In this document: positions 39,794 to 53,744 of the stretch, piece by piece
Position numbering within the stretch: the first letter of the stretch is position 1
Layout of the letters: the number at the start of each line of letters is the position of its first letter
NCBI RefSeq assembly: GCF_006345805.1
Contig: NC_042997.1
Coordinates: 152,086,001-152,150,000, forward strand
DNA length: 64,000 bases
Source: Octopus sinensis
Taxonomy: Eukaryota
Direction: 5' to 3'
Notes under the pieces: model-generated
What the model was told of the DNA's origin: nothing
Databases searched by the model: none
The model's input: the letters and a program-made list of their open reading frames with translations, nothing else
Made by a program: the position numbers and the translations under genes

Positions 39794-40902
39794 ACATATA
39801 TATATTTATATATATATGTGTATATATATATATATGTATGTATATATATAAATACATAAATATGTATGTATGTATGTATGTATATGTATGTATGTTTATT
39901 TGTATGTATACTGATTGTCGTTCGTTCAGGCTATTAAGTATTTATATGAGAGTTGTGGGTGATTGCTTCTGCGTACATATGGTGTGTGTATGTCTCTGTA
40001 TGTGTGTGTGTGCATATGTGTCTGTCTCATTGATATCCTATACGGAGAGCAATGACGTATTTCTCCCAAATTTTATGTTTATACATCAAATTTATCTGCA
40101 TGCAAAGGTTTGAGTCATCACTCATATAGATAACGAGAAAGTTATATAGATGAATTGATAGAGATGTAAGTTCGTGTGTGTGTGTGTGTGTGTGTGGTGT
40201 GGCACGCGCGGTTGTATAAGACTGTATGTAATATATATATTATATATATATATATATTAATATATAATATAATATATGTATGTATGTATGTTATATATAT
40301 ATATGTATGTATGTATGTATATATATGTATATATATATATATGTTATATTATATATATATATATATATTATAATATATATATATAGATATGTATGATGTA
40401 TATATATATGTAGACATAAGGTATAATATACATACACATACACATTTATAGGACAAACAGATATGACAATCATATGTATATGTTTTTATAAATATATATA
40501 TATATATCATAACATATATACCTACATGTATGTATATATATAAAATACATAATATATATATACATAAATACATATAGTATATATAATATATATATATATA
40601 TATATTATACATACATATATACAAATATGCCTATATATCTAATATATATATATATATATACATACATACCTACATACATACATACATACATACATACATA
40701 CATAACATACATACATACAATACATACATACATACATACAGAAAGAGAAAGAGAGAAAACTAGAAAATGATATACCGATAGAAAGAAAGAGAGACTATCA
40801 GTGAAGTAGTGAGAAAGTTAGGCATCACGGTGTCCCATATAATATCAGGGACGTATAAAGTCATATATTTATATAGATAGATGGATGGATAGATAGATAG
40901 AT

Positions 40903-41122
40903 AAGTTTCTTTATTGGCCACACAGGGCTGCACACAGATGGGACAAGTTACAAGGTAGAGCTTTTCTTTTGGGGGATGAAAAAAACAGAAAACAAAAGAA
41001 GCAAAAAAAAAGAATAGAAAAAGGGGGTGGCGTAGGTTTTCGATCAAGAGGGATCGTAAAAGGGAAGAAAAGAACAAACAAAAAAAATAAATAAAGAAAA
41101 AAAGAAGAAAAGGAAAAGGAAC
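40903..41122 (-). mobile_element. 3' UTR end of L1/Tx1-type LINE (copy A)
   Basis: Minus strand ends gcagccctgtgtggccAATAAAgaaacttatctatctatc. Confidence 0.8.
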
Positions 41123-41212
<90 letters not shown>

Positions 41213-41480
41213 TGGATAGTGGATGGATGGATGGAGCATATATGTAGTTTGATAAATAGAATGATGGATAGAAAGTTACATGCACGCGTTCATACTCGTA
41301 TAAATAACGTGTAAATAACGCGTGTATATATGCATCGATTAACTGACATAACTGACGTGCCATCGTATATATGTGAATGCGAGTATATCATGTGTACGTG
41401 TGCTTGCGTGTGTGAGGGACCATACTTAGATGTATGTGAATTGACATAGATATACATACACTCAAGACGAACATATATAT

Positions 41481-41551
41481 GTTTCTTTATTAGCCACACA
41501 GGGCTGCACACAGATAGAACAAATTACAAGGTAGAGCTTTTCTTTTGAAGG

Positions 41552-41594
<43 letters not shown>

Positions 41595-43077
41595 AAGGAG
41601 GGGGGAGAGGTTCGATCAAAGGGATCGTAAAAGGAGAGAAAGAGACAAAAAATAAGGGGGGTTAAAAAAAAAAAAAAAAAAAAAAGGGGGATAGGGGAGA
41701 GGAAAAAAAAATGATCAATAGGGATCGTATCACAGAAATGTCAATATGAAGTGTAAAGGGGAGGACCAGGTGAGGTTTTACCCGTGGAAAGAAAGCCTGC
41801 GGAAAAGACCACGGTAACCTCGGTCAATGAAGTCACATTTATATTTCTTTTTTTTTTTTTTTTTTTTTTTTTTGCAAATAAGCAACTCTCTGTTTTCGAT
41901 TTCTGGGTTCATAGGACTATGCTCAAGGGGGCTCGTCATTCATACGTGCATTCTTGCTACATTCACCCATCTTTTTTTTTAAAACATTCGCTAGACAAAA
42001 CTTGCCTCTCTACTCTCACTTTCTTTTCAAGTGGTACTTGAAGAAGTTGATGAGAGATTGACCAGAGAGGAAAGTGTTTGTCTCCAATCCTTTCAGACGC
42101 GTCCACCAGATACATTCTTTCGCCATAGCCACAAGGATGATGAAAATAGCTTTCCTTCCCGTTTGAAGAAGGAGGCGAGGACAACGTGACAATATTGAAG
42201 ATAGACTCAGCTGATAAACCGACTAGTCCCACACGTGACAGCAGTTGTTCGACATAAGCCCACAGGTAGGAAATTGTTGGACACTGAAACGAAGTGCGTG
42301 CAGAACGGTTTCGTCGTCTGACCGCATTCTCGGGCAGGTCGGCCCGTGTTTATCGAGCCGTGTGTCTGTAGAGCTTATCCCGAACGGGTAGCGCTTCTCG
42401 GTAGCACTGCCAGGCCAGGGATCTCTGGAAGTTGTCCATGGGCCCTGGCCCGAAAGTCGTCCAGACAGGCGGGTAAGGTACTCCTCGTCGACGTCCAGGT
42501 TCGCCCCGAGCTCGTCGTCGTACCTCCCCTCCACTAACACCCTATAGAATGCTTTGGTGTGTTGTTGAAGTCACTTAAGGTCGACCCAGGACGGCAGAGT
42601 TGCTTGAGAGCAACGCGACACTCGCGGTGCCATTCGCCCTTCCTCGGCCTCTTTTTGATCCACGACTGCAGTTCGGTCATGGAGACGAGCTGCGGGAAAG
42701 CGTGCCTCACAAACGGCGACCACACCTGTTCACCGTCGTCTACATAGAGCCAGAGATGTCGCAGTCTCAGCGCGTGTCTGCGCATCATCAACCACGGCAT
42801 GCCCAGCCCTCTTTAACGGGTGTTGACAGCAAATGGATCGCCTGACCATCGGGACGCATCCTTTCCACAAGAAGCGAAAGAGGATGCGTTGTGTAGTTTG
42901 GTGATGGTAGGTCGGGACAAGGTACGACGGTAAGGCGGTAGTAGATGACGGACGCGATGTACGTGTTCGCCACCTCCGCTCGACCTTTTAGGGCAGTTTC
43001 CTCTCGGCCCATTGCCGGGCGAGAGTGACCACCCTACTCGTTATCTCGTTCCAGTTCTTCTCCACTTGGAGGTCCGA
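41481..43077 (-). mobile_element. L1/Tx1-clade LINE 3' portion (post-RT region, CCHC region, 3' UTR), frameshifted (copy B)
   Basis: LKGRAEVANTYIASVIYYRLTVVPCP; R....HALRLRHLW; later segments (out of the supplied ORF frames) with RSLAWQCYREALPVRDKL-like and CPTI..LW motifs; GC-rich; AATAAA at the 3' end. Confidence 0.8.
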
Positions 43078-43088
43078 GATAGATATGG

Positions 43089-43432
43089 TTTCTTTATTAG
43101 CCACCACAGGGCTGCCAAACCGATAGAAACAAATTACAAGGTAGAGCCTTTTCTTTTGAAGGTATTAAAAAAAAAAAAAAGAAAAAAAAAAAAAAAAAAG
43201 GAAGGGGGGTGAGGGGGAGGGTTCGATCAAAGGGATCGTAAAAGGAGAGAAAAGGGACAAAAATAAGGGGGGTTAAAAAAAAAAAAAAAAGAAAAAAAAA
43301 AGGGGGTGGGGTGAGGAAAAAAAAATGATCAATAGGGATCGGATGTCAATATGAAGTGTAAAGGGCGAGGACAGGTGAGGTTTACCGTGGAAAGAAAGCC
43401 TGCGAAAAAGCCATGGTAACCTCGGTCATCCG
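43089..43432 (-). mobile_element. 3' UTR of L1/Tx1-type LINE (copy C), abutting copy B
   Basis: Nearly identical to 41481-41826; bounded by (GATA)n 43434-43750. Confidence 0.85.
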
Positions 43433-43433
43433 G

Positions 43434-43489
<56 letters not shown>

Positions 43490-43494
43490 GGATG

Positions 43495-43561
<67 letters not shown>

Positions 43562-43596
43562 GAGGATGGATGATAGATAGATAGATATGATGATAG

Positions 43597-43628
<32 letters not shown>

Positions 43629-43653
43629 GGATGGATGGATAGATAGATAGAAT

Positions 43654-43738
<85 letters not shown>

Positions 43739-44032
43739 ATTAGATATATATGCACATATGTATATCTATCTATCTATGAACTGAAGTTATCTGGTCGCAC
43801 ATCTATAAATACAAGACCACGAATACCAAACGCACGCGCGCACACACATATAGACACACTAACACACGCACACACAAAGAGACACATACGTACAAATACA
43901 CACACACACGCACATAACGCACACACGCATAAACATATTTATATATATATATGTGTGTGTGCATGAGTGTGTGAATCTATATATGCGTGTGAGTGTGTGC
44001 ATGTTGTTTGTATGTATAAATAGGGAGATACC

Positions 44033-44165
44033 TTCTGAGTTCAAATTCCACCGAGGTCAACTTTGACTTTCATCCTTTCGGGGTCGAGAAATTAAATAAC
44101 AGTGAAACACTGGGGTCGATGTAATCGACAGGTCCCCTCACCACAAAATTTCAGGCCTTAGTAGA
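44033..44165 (+). mobile_element. Nin/Deu-like SINE, 3' part
   Basis: gagttcaaattccaccgaggtcaactttgactttcatcctttcggggtcgagaaattaaataac. Confidence 0.8.
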
Positions 44166-44825
44166 AAGGGTATATTAAAATATATACACATATGTGCACG
44201 TATATGCTCTATATACACGCGCTCGCGTGCTCCTGAATCCGCATGTATATAACGTGTGAGTTTATATATATATATATATATGCACACACATACACATATA
44301 TACATATGTATAAATATGTGTATATATATATCTATATACATATATATACATACATATACATATATATATATATTTATATATGTAATTATATGTATAGCTT
44401 TAAATATCCATCAATCTAACTGCGTGTATATGTTTATATACATATACTTACAATACATACATACATCCAAACATACATATATATATACACACACATATAT
44501 ACATATATGTATATATATACATATATATATACATATATATATATACATACATACATATGTATGTATGTATGCATGTATGTAAATATGCATGTATGTATAT
44601 ATGTATAAATATATACATATATATATATATACATTTATGTATATATATGTATGTCTGCATGTATGTATGTATGTATGCATGTATGTATGTATGTATGTAT
44701 GTATGTATGTATGTATGTATGTATGTATGCATGCATGTATGTATGTATGCATGCATGTATGAAAAAAGATTACTGAAATGTTAGAGTAGTAAGTAACAAA
44801 TCCTAGATATATATACGGATGGTTT

Positions 44826-44921
<96 letters not shown>

Positions 44922-45405
44922 CAAAGCCAGACTGACATTGAGTAGAGAGGAGGAGAGAAAGAGAGAAGCACACTCAGAGAGACTAACAGACAGATAAACA
45001 GCCAGGCAGACAGACACATAAACAGTGAGTTATAAGTAAGTTAAAGCAATCAATCATAAACGCCGACTCCTGAAAACCCATGAAATATGAAGAAATCAAT
45101 AGCACAGCCAGCGCAGGAAGGCATCTAGAAAATGGACGGAGAGTTGAGATGGTTTATAAGGGCTGACATCCAACGAATAACTTTGTCTAATTCAGAACTA
45201 TATTGATATATTCGTAAACATTTTAGGCTGAGGAAGTATGGGGGGCTTACATGAATGGACGGCTTCTTACGTGAAGATATATAAAAGTAATACTCACATG
45301 CACAGACAAGGGCGCATGCATATATGTTATGTGTGAGTGTGCGTGTTCGTTTGTGCGAGTGTGTATGTGTGTTATGCATGCATGCATGATATATAATATA
45401 TATAG

Positions 45406-45493
<88 letters not shown>

Positions 45494-45740
45494 TATACAT
45501 ATATTATATTCATATTATAATATATATATATATATACCAAGATTGACGGAGTGTGCGGAGGAAAAGAAAAGGTGATAGATTGATAAATTAAAAGCTAGAT
45601 AGATATGCACCGAAAGTCGTAGAGAAATTGATACATACATATATATGTTCCATATTCGTCTATAATAAAAATACATATAATCTACACATAATATATGAGC
45701 GAGAATGTCAGTTTTATTTACACATTCGTATATGAGTGTA

Positions 45741-45783
<43 letters not shown>

Positions 45784-45922
45784 AGAGACATCGCGAGAGT
45801 GAGAGAGTAAAAAAGAGAGTGAAAGCGGTAGACGGATAAAAAGACAAACAGGACAGTGAGATTTATCCATATATAATGTATACATAGAAATATATTACTT
45901 AATATATACGTGTATACACAAA

Positions 45923-46280
45923 TAGGCGTAGAAGTGGGTGTCTGGTATGTAGCCTGCTTACCAACGACATGGTTCCGGGTTCACTCCCACTGCGTGCATC
46001 TTGGACAGGTGCCTTCTACTATAGCTTCGGGTCGACCAAATCCTTGTGAGTGGGTTTGGTAGACGGAAACTGAAAGAAGCCTGTCGTATATATGTGCGTG
46101 TGCGTGTTTGTCCCTCGCAACATCGCTTAACAACAAATGCTGGTATGTTTACGTCCCCATACCTCAGCGGTTCGACAAAAGAAACCAATAGAATAAGTAC
46201 TAGGCTGGGGTAAATTTTCTCGGCTAAAAGCGGTGCTCCGCAGTCAAATGACTGTAACAGGTACAAGAATAAAAGAAAGT
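45923..46280 (+). mobile_element. Family A SINE
   Basis: Colinear with 19929-20330. Confidence 0.85.
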
Positions 46281-46863
46281 TTACATGCACATACAGATAT
46301 ATACGATTCTATGTATAAATAAGGAAATGTATGGATGTATGTGCCTTTTTTGTGTGCTGTGATCATATTGATAGATAGAGAGAGAGAGAGAGTGAGAGAG
46401 TGAGAAATAAAGCGTGACAGATAAACAAACAGGCTGACAGGTATATATACTTACCTGCATATGCGTGTGTATGTGTGTGTGAGCGCGCGTGTGTATGTGC
46501 GTGTATGTGTGTGTGAGCGCGCGTGTGTGTGTGCGCGCGTATGCAATGGCTAGATTATTGAGCGAGGTCTAATAACCAGTTGATCTAGCTAGCAGGACCA
46601 CACCTCAGTGACCGGAGGGAAGAGGGCGCAATCATGCCGTCGAGATGAAGGCCCTGAAACGGCATGCGTTTTCTCTTGGTGACTCCATAATCTCGCTGGT
46701 GTCCGGTATGTCAAACTTTCAACTGCTAGCACTTGTATTTGCAAGTTGTTTATATATATATATATAATATAAATAATAATAATAATAATAAATATTAGGG
46801 AATAAATCCAAATTTACAGGGAAAATCAGATTTAGATTGAATCCAATTTTATAGTAAAATATT

Positions 46864-47075
46864 ATATAATATTAATTAGAGCAAAACCACTATTTTGCAA
46901 TCAAACAAAGAAAGACTTAATCCAATACATAAAACAATTTTAATATAAATTAAATAAAATTATATTCGCCACGAATTATTTTATTTAATTTATATTAAAA
47001 TTGTTTTATGTATTGGATTAAGTATTTCTTTGTTTGATTTGCAAAATAGTGGTTTTGTCTCTAATTAATATTATA
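46864..47075. repeat. Fold-back palindrome, ~95-bp arms with a ~15-20-nt spacer
   Basis: attaattagagcaaaaccactattttgc...aaataaaat vs attttattt...gcaaaatagtggttttgtctctaattaat; only about 3 differences. Confidence 0.92.
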
Positions 47076-47086
47076 TATATATATAT

Positions 47087-47125
<39 letters not shown>

Positions 47126-47228
47126 GAGACAGAGAGAGAGAGACAGACAGAAGAGAGACAGATAAATAAATAAAGAATTTACGACTCTTTAAAGAATCTT
47201 TTTATACTCTGTAAAACTATATTAAGTA

Positions 47229-47397
47229 ATTAATAGTTATCGCCATACTAATATGGTAGTCTATAAATATAAGACTAAAGCTGTTGCTGATTAGCTCCAA
47301 GAGGCCATCGCCTCTAGCTAGCTATTTGACACACGAATCTGCGTCCATTACAAACCTTCGAACAGGTATTTATGTTAGTATGGCGATAACTATTAAT
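47229..47397. mobile_element. Short MITE-like element with perfect 23-bp inverted repeats
   Basis: attaatagttatcgccatactaa (47229) / ttagtatggcgataactattaat (47375-47397). Confidence 0.6.
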
Positions 47398-48887
47398 ATC
47401 CAGTAACGCTGCCGTAATCTCCTTTAGAGAGACTTAGTAATTTTAATATTTCTATTATATTAAGTAATTTTCACAAAAACTTAAATATGTGTGTATGTGT
47501 GTGTTATGCATTCATACATACATATACAAATGCACATTATATGTGTGTGTGTGTGTGTGTGAGTGTGTATGTGTATGTGTATGTATGTATGTATGTATGT
47601 ATGTATGTATTATTACAGTCGGTCAGTTATTCATGAGTCGGAAAAAAGACAGACACTAAAACTTTTGTCAGTCGGGAAATTTACTGGACACAATTGTTTC
47701 ATTTGGAAATGATCTATTGTGTCCATTAATAAAATAAAGTCTCCCGACAGAATTATGATTGACGCTCAAGACATCGGGCATCTTATCTTTCCCGATGAAC
47801 TTCGCGCCATTTTAAAGTTTTTGAACGAAGTAGATTAGCGTTTTGTTGGGGATTAAGCTACTGGGAATAGGTCTCTGCCGGTAGTGGTCTCTCTTTCGCT
47901 AGCTTATACATACGTGTATGTACACATTAGGCAACGGAGTGTGGTTTCACTGAGGTTTGCTGCAAATTTCATCAGTTTGTGCAAACAAGTAGAATCTCTT
48001 ACGATTATCCATCTCTGAGTCCAACTGATTTGCCATTTCATTATTAAGTATATCTCAAGGGTAATCACTGAAAATTGTTACACTAAAACTGATGACTAAA
48101 TTCCCAAGTAAAAGCCTGTCTTTTCACCAGCGAATGCCACCACTGATGGAACGATTCCGCAATCAATCACAAACCTCAGGAGACACTCAGTTTGTTTGAT
48201 AGAAAAGTCTAGTTTTCGATACGTAAGACGAACGTGGCCGAATTCGAAAGCTGCATGCATGTATTTGCTTGTCTGTTAGAAAAGGCAAACACATGTGTAT
48301 TAGAGGGTTTATAATTTTAGATCATCCACTAAGAAAACAATGGTTTAGACTGGTATGTTTACCTTCCTGTTAGCCAATTACGTACCCTTCGGATTTTCTA
48401 ACAAATACGACCAGGGATTGACTTCAAGTATAAGTACTCTCATTCAGAAAAAAACTTTTCTTAAAGCATACTATTACGTTCCTGTATTCTATAGGTAACA
48501 ATACAACCATTCCCTGTATATAACCTTGTGATAGCATCTCAAGACGAAAGTTGCTAGCCTATAGCAATGGTTACGGACCGTGGAGTTTTAGTAAGTCTAA
48601 GGGATTCCAACATGCGTAAGTGCAGAACAAAAGTAAATGCTTATAAAAGCTTGTCTTTTCCCGGAATGACCTGCATCTTGACAATTCAGGCTTTCCAAAA
48701 CCTGATTTTCTCATCATAAGACCGTAGAGAAAATTGAAGAATATTTATTACTGGGGGGGGGGGCTTTAATTGACCAAGTGACCGAAAAATGCTTATCATA
48801 ATTCTTTCTTAACTGAAAATATACAGAAAACTTACCTTATTAGACAATTAGATTGAAATCTGTGCCAAAAGTAGCACATTACTGCAT

Positions 48888-48918
<31 letters not shown>

Positions 48919-48967
48919 ACACATACATACATACATACATACATACATACATACATACATACATACA

Positions 48968-48999
<32 letters not shown>

Positions 49000-49324
49000 G
49001 GAGTAAATATGAGGACAAGTCAATATACAAAAAATATTAAATACATTTAATACAAAAAATGTACATATGTATACATGTTAAAATGTTCGACTTACATATG
49101 TACATTTTTTTTTGTTTTAAATGTATTTAATATATTTTATATATTGACTTGTCTAATTTGCTTGTCCTTACATTTACTCCTCTATCTGCTCCAGTTCAAA
49201 TCTCTTGAGCACTATGAAGTGTATTCTATACAAAGAATATCTGTTTCTAATCTATATATAAAGGGTATCTGGTAATTCTAAGGGGGGACGAGATCTATTT
49301 TGTACTCTAATATGTTTTTAACGG

Positions 49325-49569
49325 AATACACCCCAACTATATATATGTGTGTGTGTGTATGTTTGTATCTGTGTGTGTATGCATTAGTGTTGTGTTGTGT
49401 GTGTATGTATGTGTGTGTGTGCGTGTGTGTGTATGTGTGTGTACATGGTTCAATGTGCAGAAAACAAACGACAAGGAGAGATGAGGGAACAACAAGCAGG
49501 TGTATTAGTTTGACGCTCGGGAAGAATGGAATAGTCTTTAACGTTTCGAACCTACGCTCTATGGTGTGT

Positions 49570-49610
<41 letters not shown>

Positions 49611-49694
49611 CAAAATGGGACAAGAACGCATAACATCCAGACAGTTAGGTTAGGTGATACAAAAAAGGGGACAACATAACACACCAAAGAGCGT

Positions 49695-49737
<43 letters not shown>

Positions 49738-49819
49738 CAAAATGGGACAAGAACGCATAACATCCAGACAGTTAGGTTAGGTGATACAAAAAAGGGGACA
49801 ACATAACACACCAAAGAGC

Positions 49820-49869
<50 letters not shown>

Positions 49870-50831
49870 CAAAGCGGGTGGAATTATAAAATTATAAAAT
49901 AATTAGTTACTCGATTTTTATTTACGCCTCATTATTAGTCATATAATCTAAATTAAATAAATTGCTTTGTCAAATATTCAGAGGCGTATAACATTCATTC
50001 GAAATATTACTGGAACACTGATAGCGTTGTTATCAACGTATAAGCAAACATCTGTAAGATGGCAGGCTGTCATTCATCCAGTAGAATTTAGTATTGCCAA
50101 TAAAAATTGCACTCAAGTCAGACATCGTAATTTCATTATATAATTCATATAAAATAGCTAATAATCACTCATTATTAATGAAACGTATATAACATAGTGT
50201 AACAAAATATTTTATAAGCAATATCATTTTCTTTGTACTTGTATTCAGTGATATAACCAGCTGCGAATTCCTACCAATTTATAAGTGACAAATAATAAGG
50301 GCACTCCTTTAGATGTACTGACTATACGTAATATTATTAATTTGTCAGGCATTCTGATTTTATAACAGTGTCTACGTGGTAAAAGGTTTGCTTCTCAATC
50401 ACAAGGTTCCAGGTTCGGTCCAACTGCGTAGCATAATGTGTAAGTGTCTGCTACAATAGCCGCAGGCCGACCAAAGACTTGTAAGTTGAATTACTAGATG
50501 GAAACTGAAAGAAGCTGATAGTATATAGATGTGTGTGGGTCTTTCTCACCCACCGCTTGAAAACGGGTTATATTGCGTTTATGTCTCTGTAACTTAGCTG
50601 TCAGCATCATAATCGTAAGATTGTGGTTTCGATTCCTGGACCGGGCGACGCGTTGTGTTCTTGAGCAAAACACTTCATTTCACGTTGCTCCAGTCTCAGC
50701 TGGCAAAAATGAGTAACGCTGCGACGGACTGGCGTCCCGTCCCCGTGGGAAACACATACGCCATTGAAACCGGGAAACCGGGCCCATGAGCTGGCTAGGC
50801 TTTAAAAGGGCGCATATATTTATTTTTTAGT

Positions 50832-50870
<39 letters not shown>

Positions 50871-51085
50871 TTGTATCTGTGTGTGTATGCATTAGTGTTG
50901 TGTTGTGTGTGTATGTATGTGTGTGTGTGCGTGTGTGTGTATGTGTGTGTACATGGTTCAATGTGCAGAAAACAAACGACAAGGAGAGATGAGGGAACAA
51001 CAAGCAGGTGTATTAGTTTGACGCTCGGGAAGAATGGAATAGTCTTTAACGTTTCGAACCTACGCTCTATGGTGTGTGTATATAT

Positions 51086-51116
<31 letters not shown>

Positions 51117-51205
51117 GAAATACAAAATGGGACAAGAACGCATAACATCCAGACAGTTAGGTTAGGTGATACAAAAAAGGGGACAACATAACACACCAAA
51201 GAGCG

Positions 51206-51240
<35 letters not shown>

Positions 51241-52204
51241 TATGTACCAAAGCGGGTGGAATTATAAAATTATAAAATAATTAGTTACTCGATTTTTATT
51301 TACGCCTCATTATTAGTCATATAATCTAAATTAAATAAATTGCTTTGTCAAATATTCAGAGGCGTATAACATTCATTCGAAATATTACTGGAACACTGAT
51401 AGCGTTGTTATCAACGTATAAGCAAACATCTGTAAGATGGCAGGCTGTCATTCATCCAGTAGAATTTAGTATTGCCAATAAAAATTGCACTCAAGTCAGA
51501 CATCGTAATTTCATTATATAATTCATATAAAATAGCTAATAATCACTCATTATTAATGAAACGTATATAACATAGTGTAACAAAATATTTTATAAGCAAT
51601 ATCATTTTCTTTGTACTTGTATTCAGTGATATAACCAGCTGCGAATTCCTACCAATTTATAAGTGACAAATAATAAGGGCACTCCTTTAGATGTACTGAC
51701 TATACGTAATATTATTAATTGTCAGGCATTCTGATTTTATAACAGTGTCTACGTGGTAAAAGGTTTGCTTCTCAATCACAAGGTTCCAGGTTCGGTCCAA
51801 CTGCGTAGCATAATGTGTAAGTGTCTGCTACAATAGCCGCAGGCCGACCAAGACTTGTAAGTTGAATTACTAGATGGAAACTGAAAGAAGCTGATAGTAT
51901 ATAGATGTGTGTGGGTCTTTCTCACCCACGCTTGAAAACGGGTTATATTGCGTTTATGTCTCTGTAACTTAGCTGTCAGCATCATAATCGTAAGATTGTG
52001 GTTTTGATTCCTGGACCGGGCGACGCGTTGTGTTCTTGAGCAAAACACTTCATTTCACGTTGCTCCAGTCTCAGCTGGCAAAAATGAGTAACGCTGCGAC
52101 GGACTGGCGTCCCGTCCCCGTGGGAAACACATACGCCATTGAAACCGGGAAACCGGGCCCATGAGCTGGCTAGGCTTTAAAAGGGCGCATATATTTATTT
52201 TAGT

Positions 52205-52208
<4 letters not shown>
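49325..52208. repeat. Near-identical tandem duplication (~1.5 kb + ~1.37 kb), junctions in (TG)n
   Basis: 49325-50833 vs 50834-52208; copy 1 carries an extra internal ~125-bp duplication (49603-49820). Confidence 0.95.
50365..50815 (+). mobile_element. Decayed family A SINE 5' half fused to a tRNA SINE with a V-domain-like segment (repeated at 51745-52195)
   Basis: ggttccaggttcggtcc...ggaaactgaaagaagc; then gtggtttcgattcctggaccggg...gctgcgacggactggcgtcccgtcc...gaaaccggg. Confidence 0.65.
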
Positions 52209-52255
<47 letters not shown>

Positions 52256-53744
52256 ATATATGTATACCATACTTTTACTTGGAGAAGTTGCAACTGACTT
52301 CGAAATTTCGGCATCCTAGCCTGCAGCAGACCGAAATTTAGCAATCATTGTCAAACACGTCGTCTTGTAAAAAAAAAGGTATGATAAATACGTACTTTAC
52401 AAAAAGCAGACTAATTTTTCAGTTTAATGTTAAATTTTTATAAGTCGACATAAAAACAAATATACATCTGCTTATGTATATGTGTGTGTTTGTGTATACA
52501 TACATACATACATACATACATACATACATACATACATACATACAGCAAAGAAGAACTAATAGAATATTGATAAGATATTTCTGTTACAACGCACAGATCA
52601 TGTTTTATTCACCACAAATGACTTATTTTTCTAGACAGGGCATTTGATTCTCCAAATAGTCTCATGTCTATATCGTGAAGTTAAAAAAAGAATAAGCTCT
52701 AGAATATCTATGAATGTCACCCACAGCAGGCAAGTTTTACAATTAACCCCATGAACCTCTGAAATTTATTGATAGACTAGCTTAAGGTGACCCGCTCTAC
52801 TCGCGGATGAGGGTGTGATTGTTACTTTCTGTTGCTTCCTTTCTGTTTCTTATCGCCACATTCTCCCTCTTTGTTTCTCTCTCACTTTCCCACTCTCTTA
52901 CTCTTCCTTTCTCTCGGACTCTCCCTCGCTTTCTCTTACCCTCTACCTTTCTCTATCTTTCTCTATCTATCTCTCTCCAATTTATAAAAGAATTAGATTT
53001 CCGCGCTTTGGGTGGACACCTCCAAGTGTCCCCCAAAATCAATAAAATCTCCAAATGTCTTCCAATCAAATTCTCACATCAAATTACCCCCTCCTGTAAA
53101 TTTTAAACCCCTTCCAGCCCCATTTAGACACCTTTTCACATAAAAATCCAATTTGTATCAACGTTCGCCTTATTCATTTTATAGATTAGACATATATACC
53201 CGGTCTTGCTCGTGATTAAAATAGCTTATTATTGTTTTACATGTTCCAGTATTATAAACCGATTTCATTCGGGTCTACGCGGGCCACATTTTGAAAGATG
53301 AGGAATTTTACCCTAGAGGCCATGCCTTTCAATTGAGCAAACTTGCCAGCACTTTTAACACAGGTGTGTATATTTTCAGCTCAATCCGACCACATATGTA
53401 CACATTATATATACATATACATACATATATATATATACGCATTAAATATGTACGCATTATATATATATATGTCTACACACACATATATATATAAACACAT
53501 ATATATATGTAAACACATTATGTACATATTTATATACACATATATAAATATATATATATAAATTAACAAAATATATCTGATTAATAATATCTTTTAAGAT
53601 CGTGCGGTAGTGGTGAGCGATAATTGTTCACCGTTCTAAAAGACCTGTGGCAGAAATATTTAAACTTTTGAGGCTGTCAACGCCTTCTCTCTATAGATAC
53701 AGACATACGTACAGTGAGAGAGGTGGTAGGAGAGGAGTGACAGA

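Noticed and set aside
49530-49565. ttcGAAACGUU half hammerhead (minus strand; duplicated at ~51050)
   Set aside because: The CUGAUGA half is absent, truncated at a TA tract; counted only as a remnant
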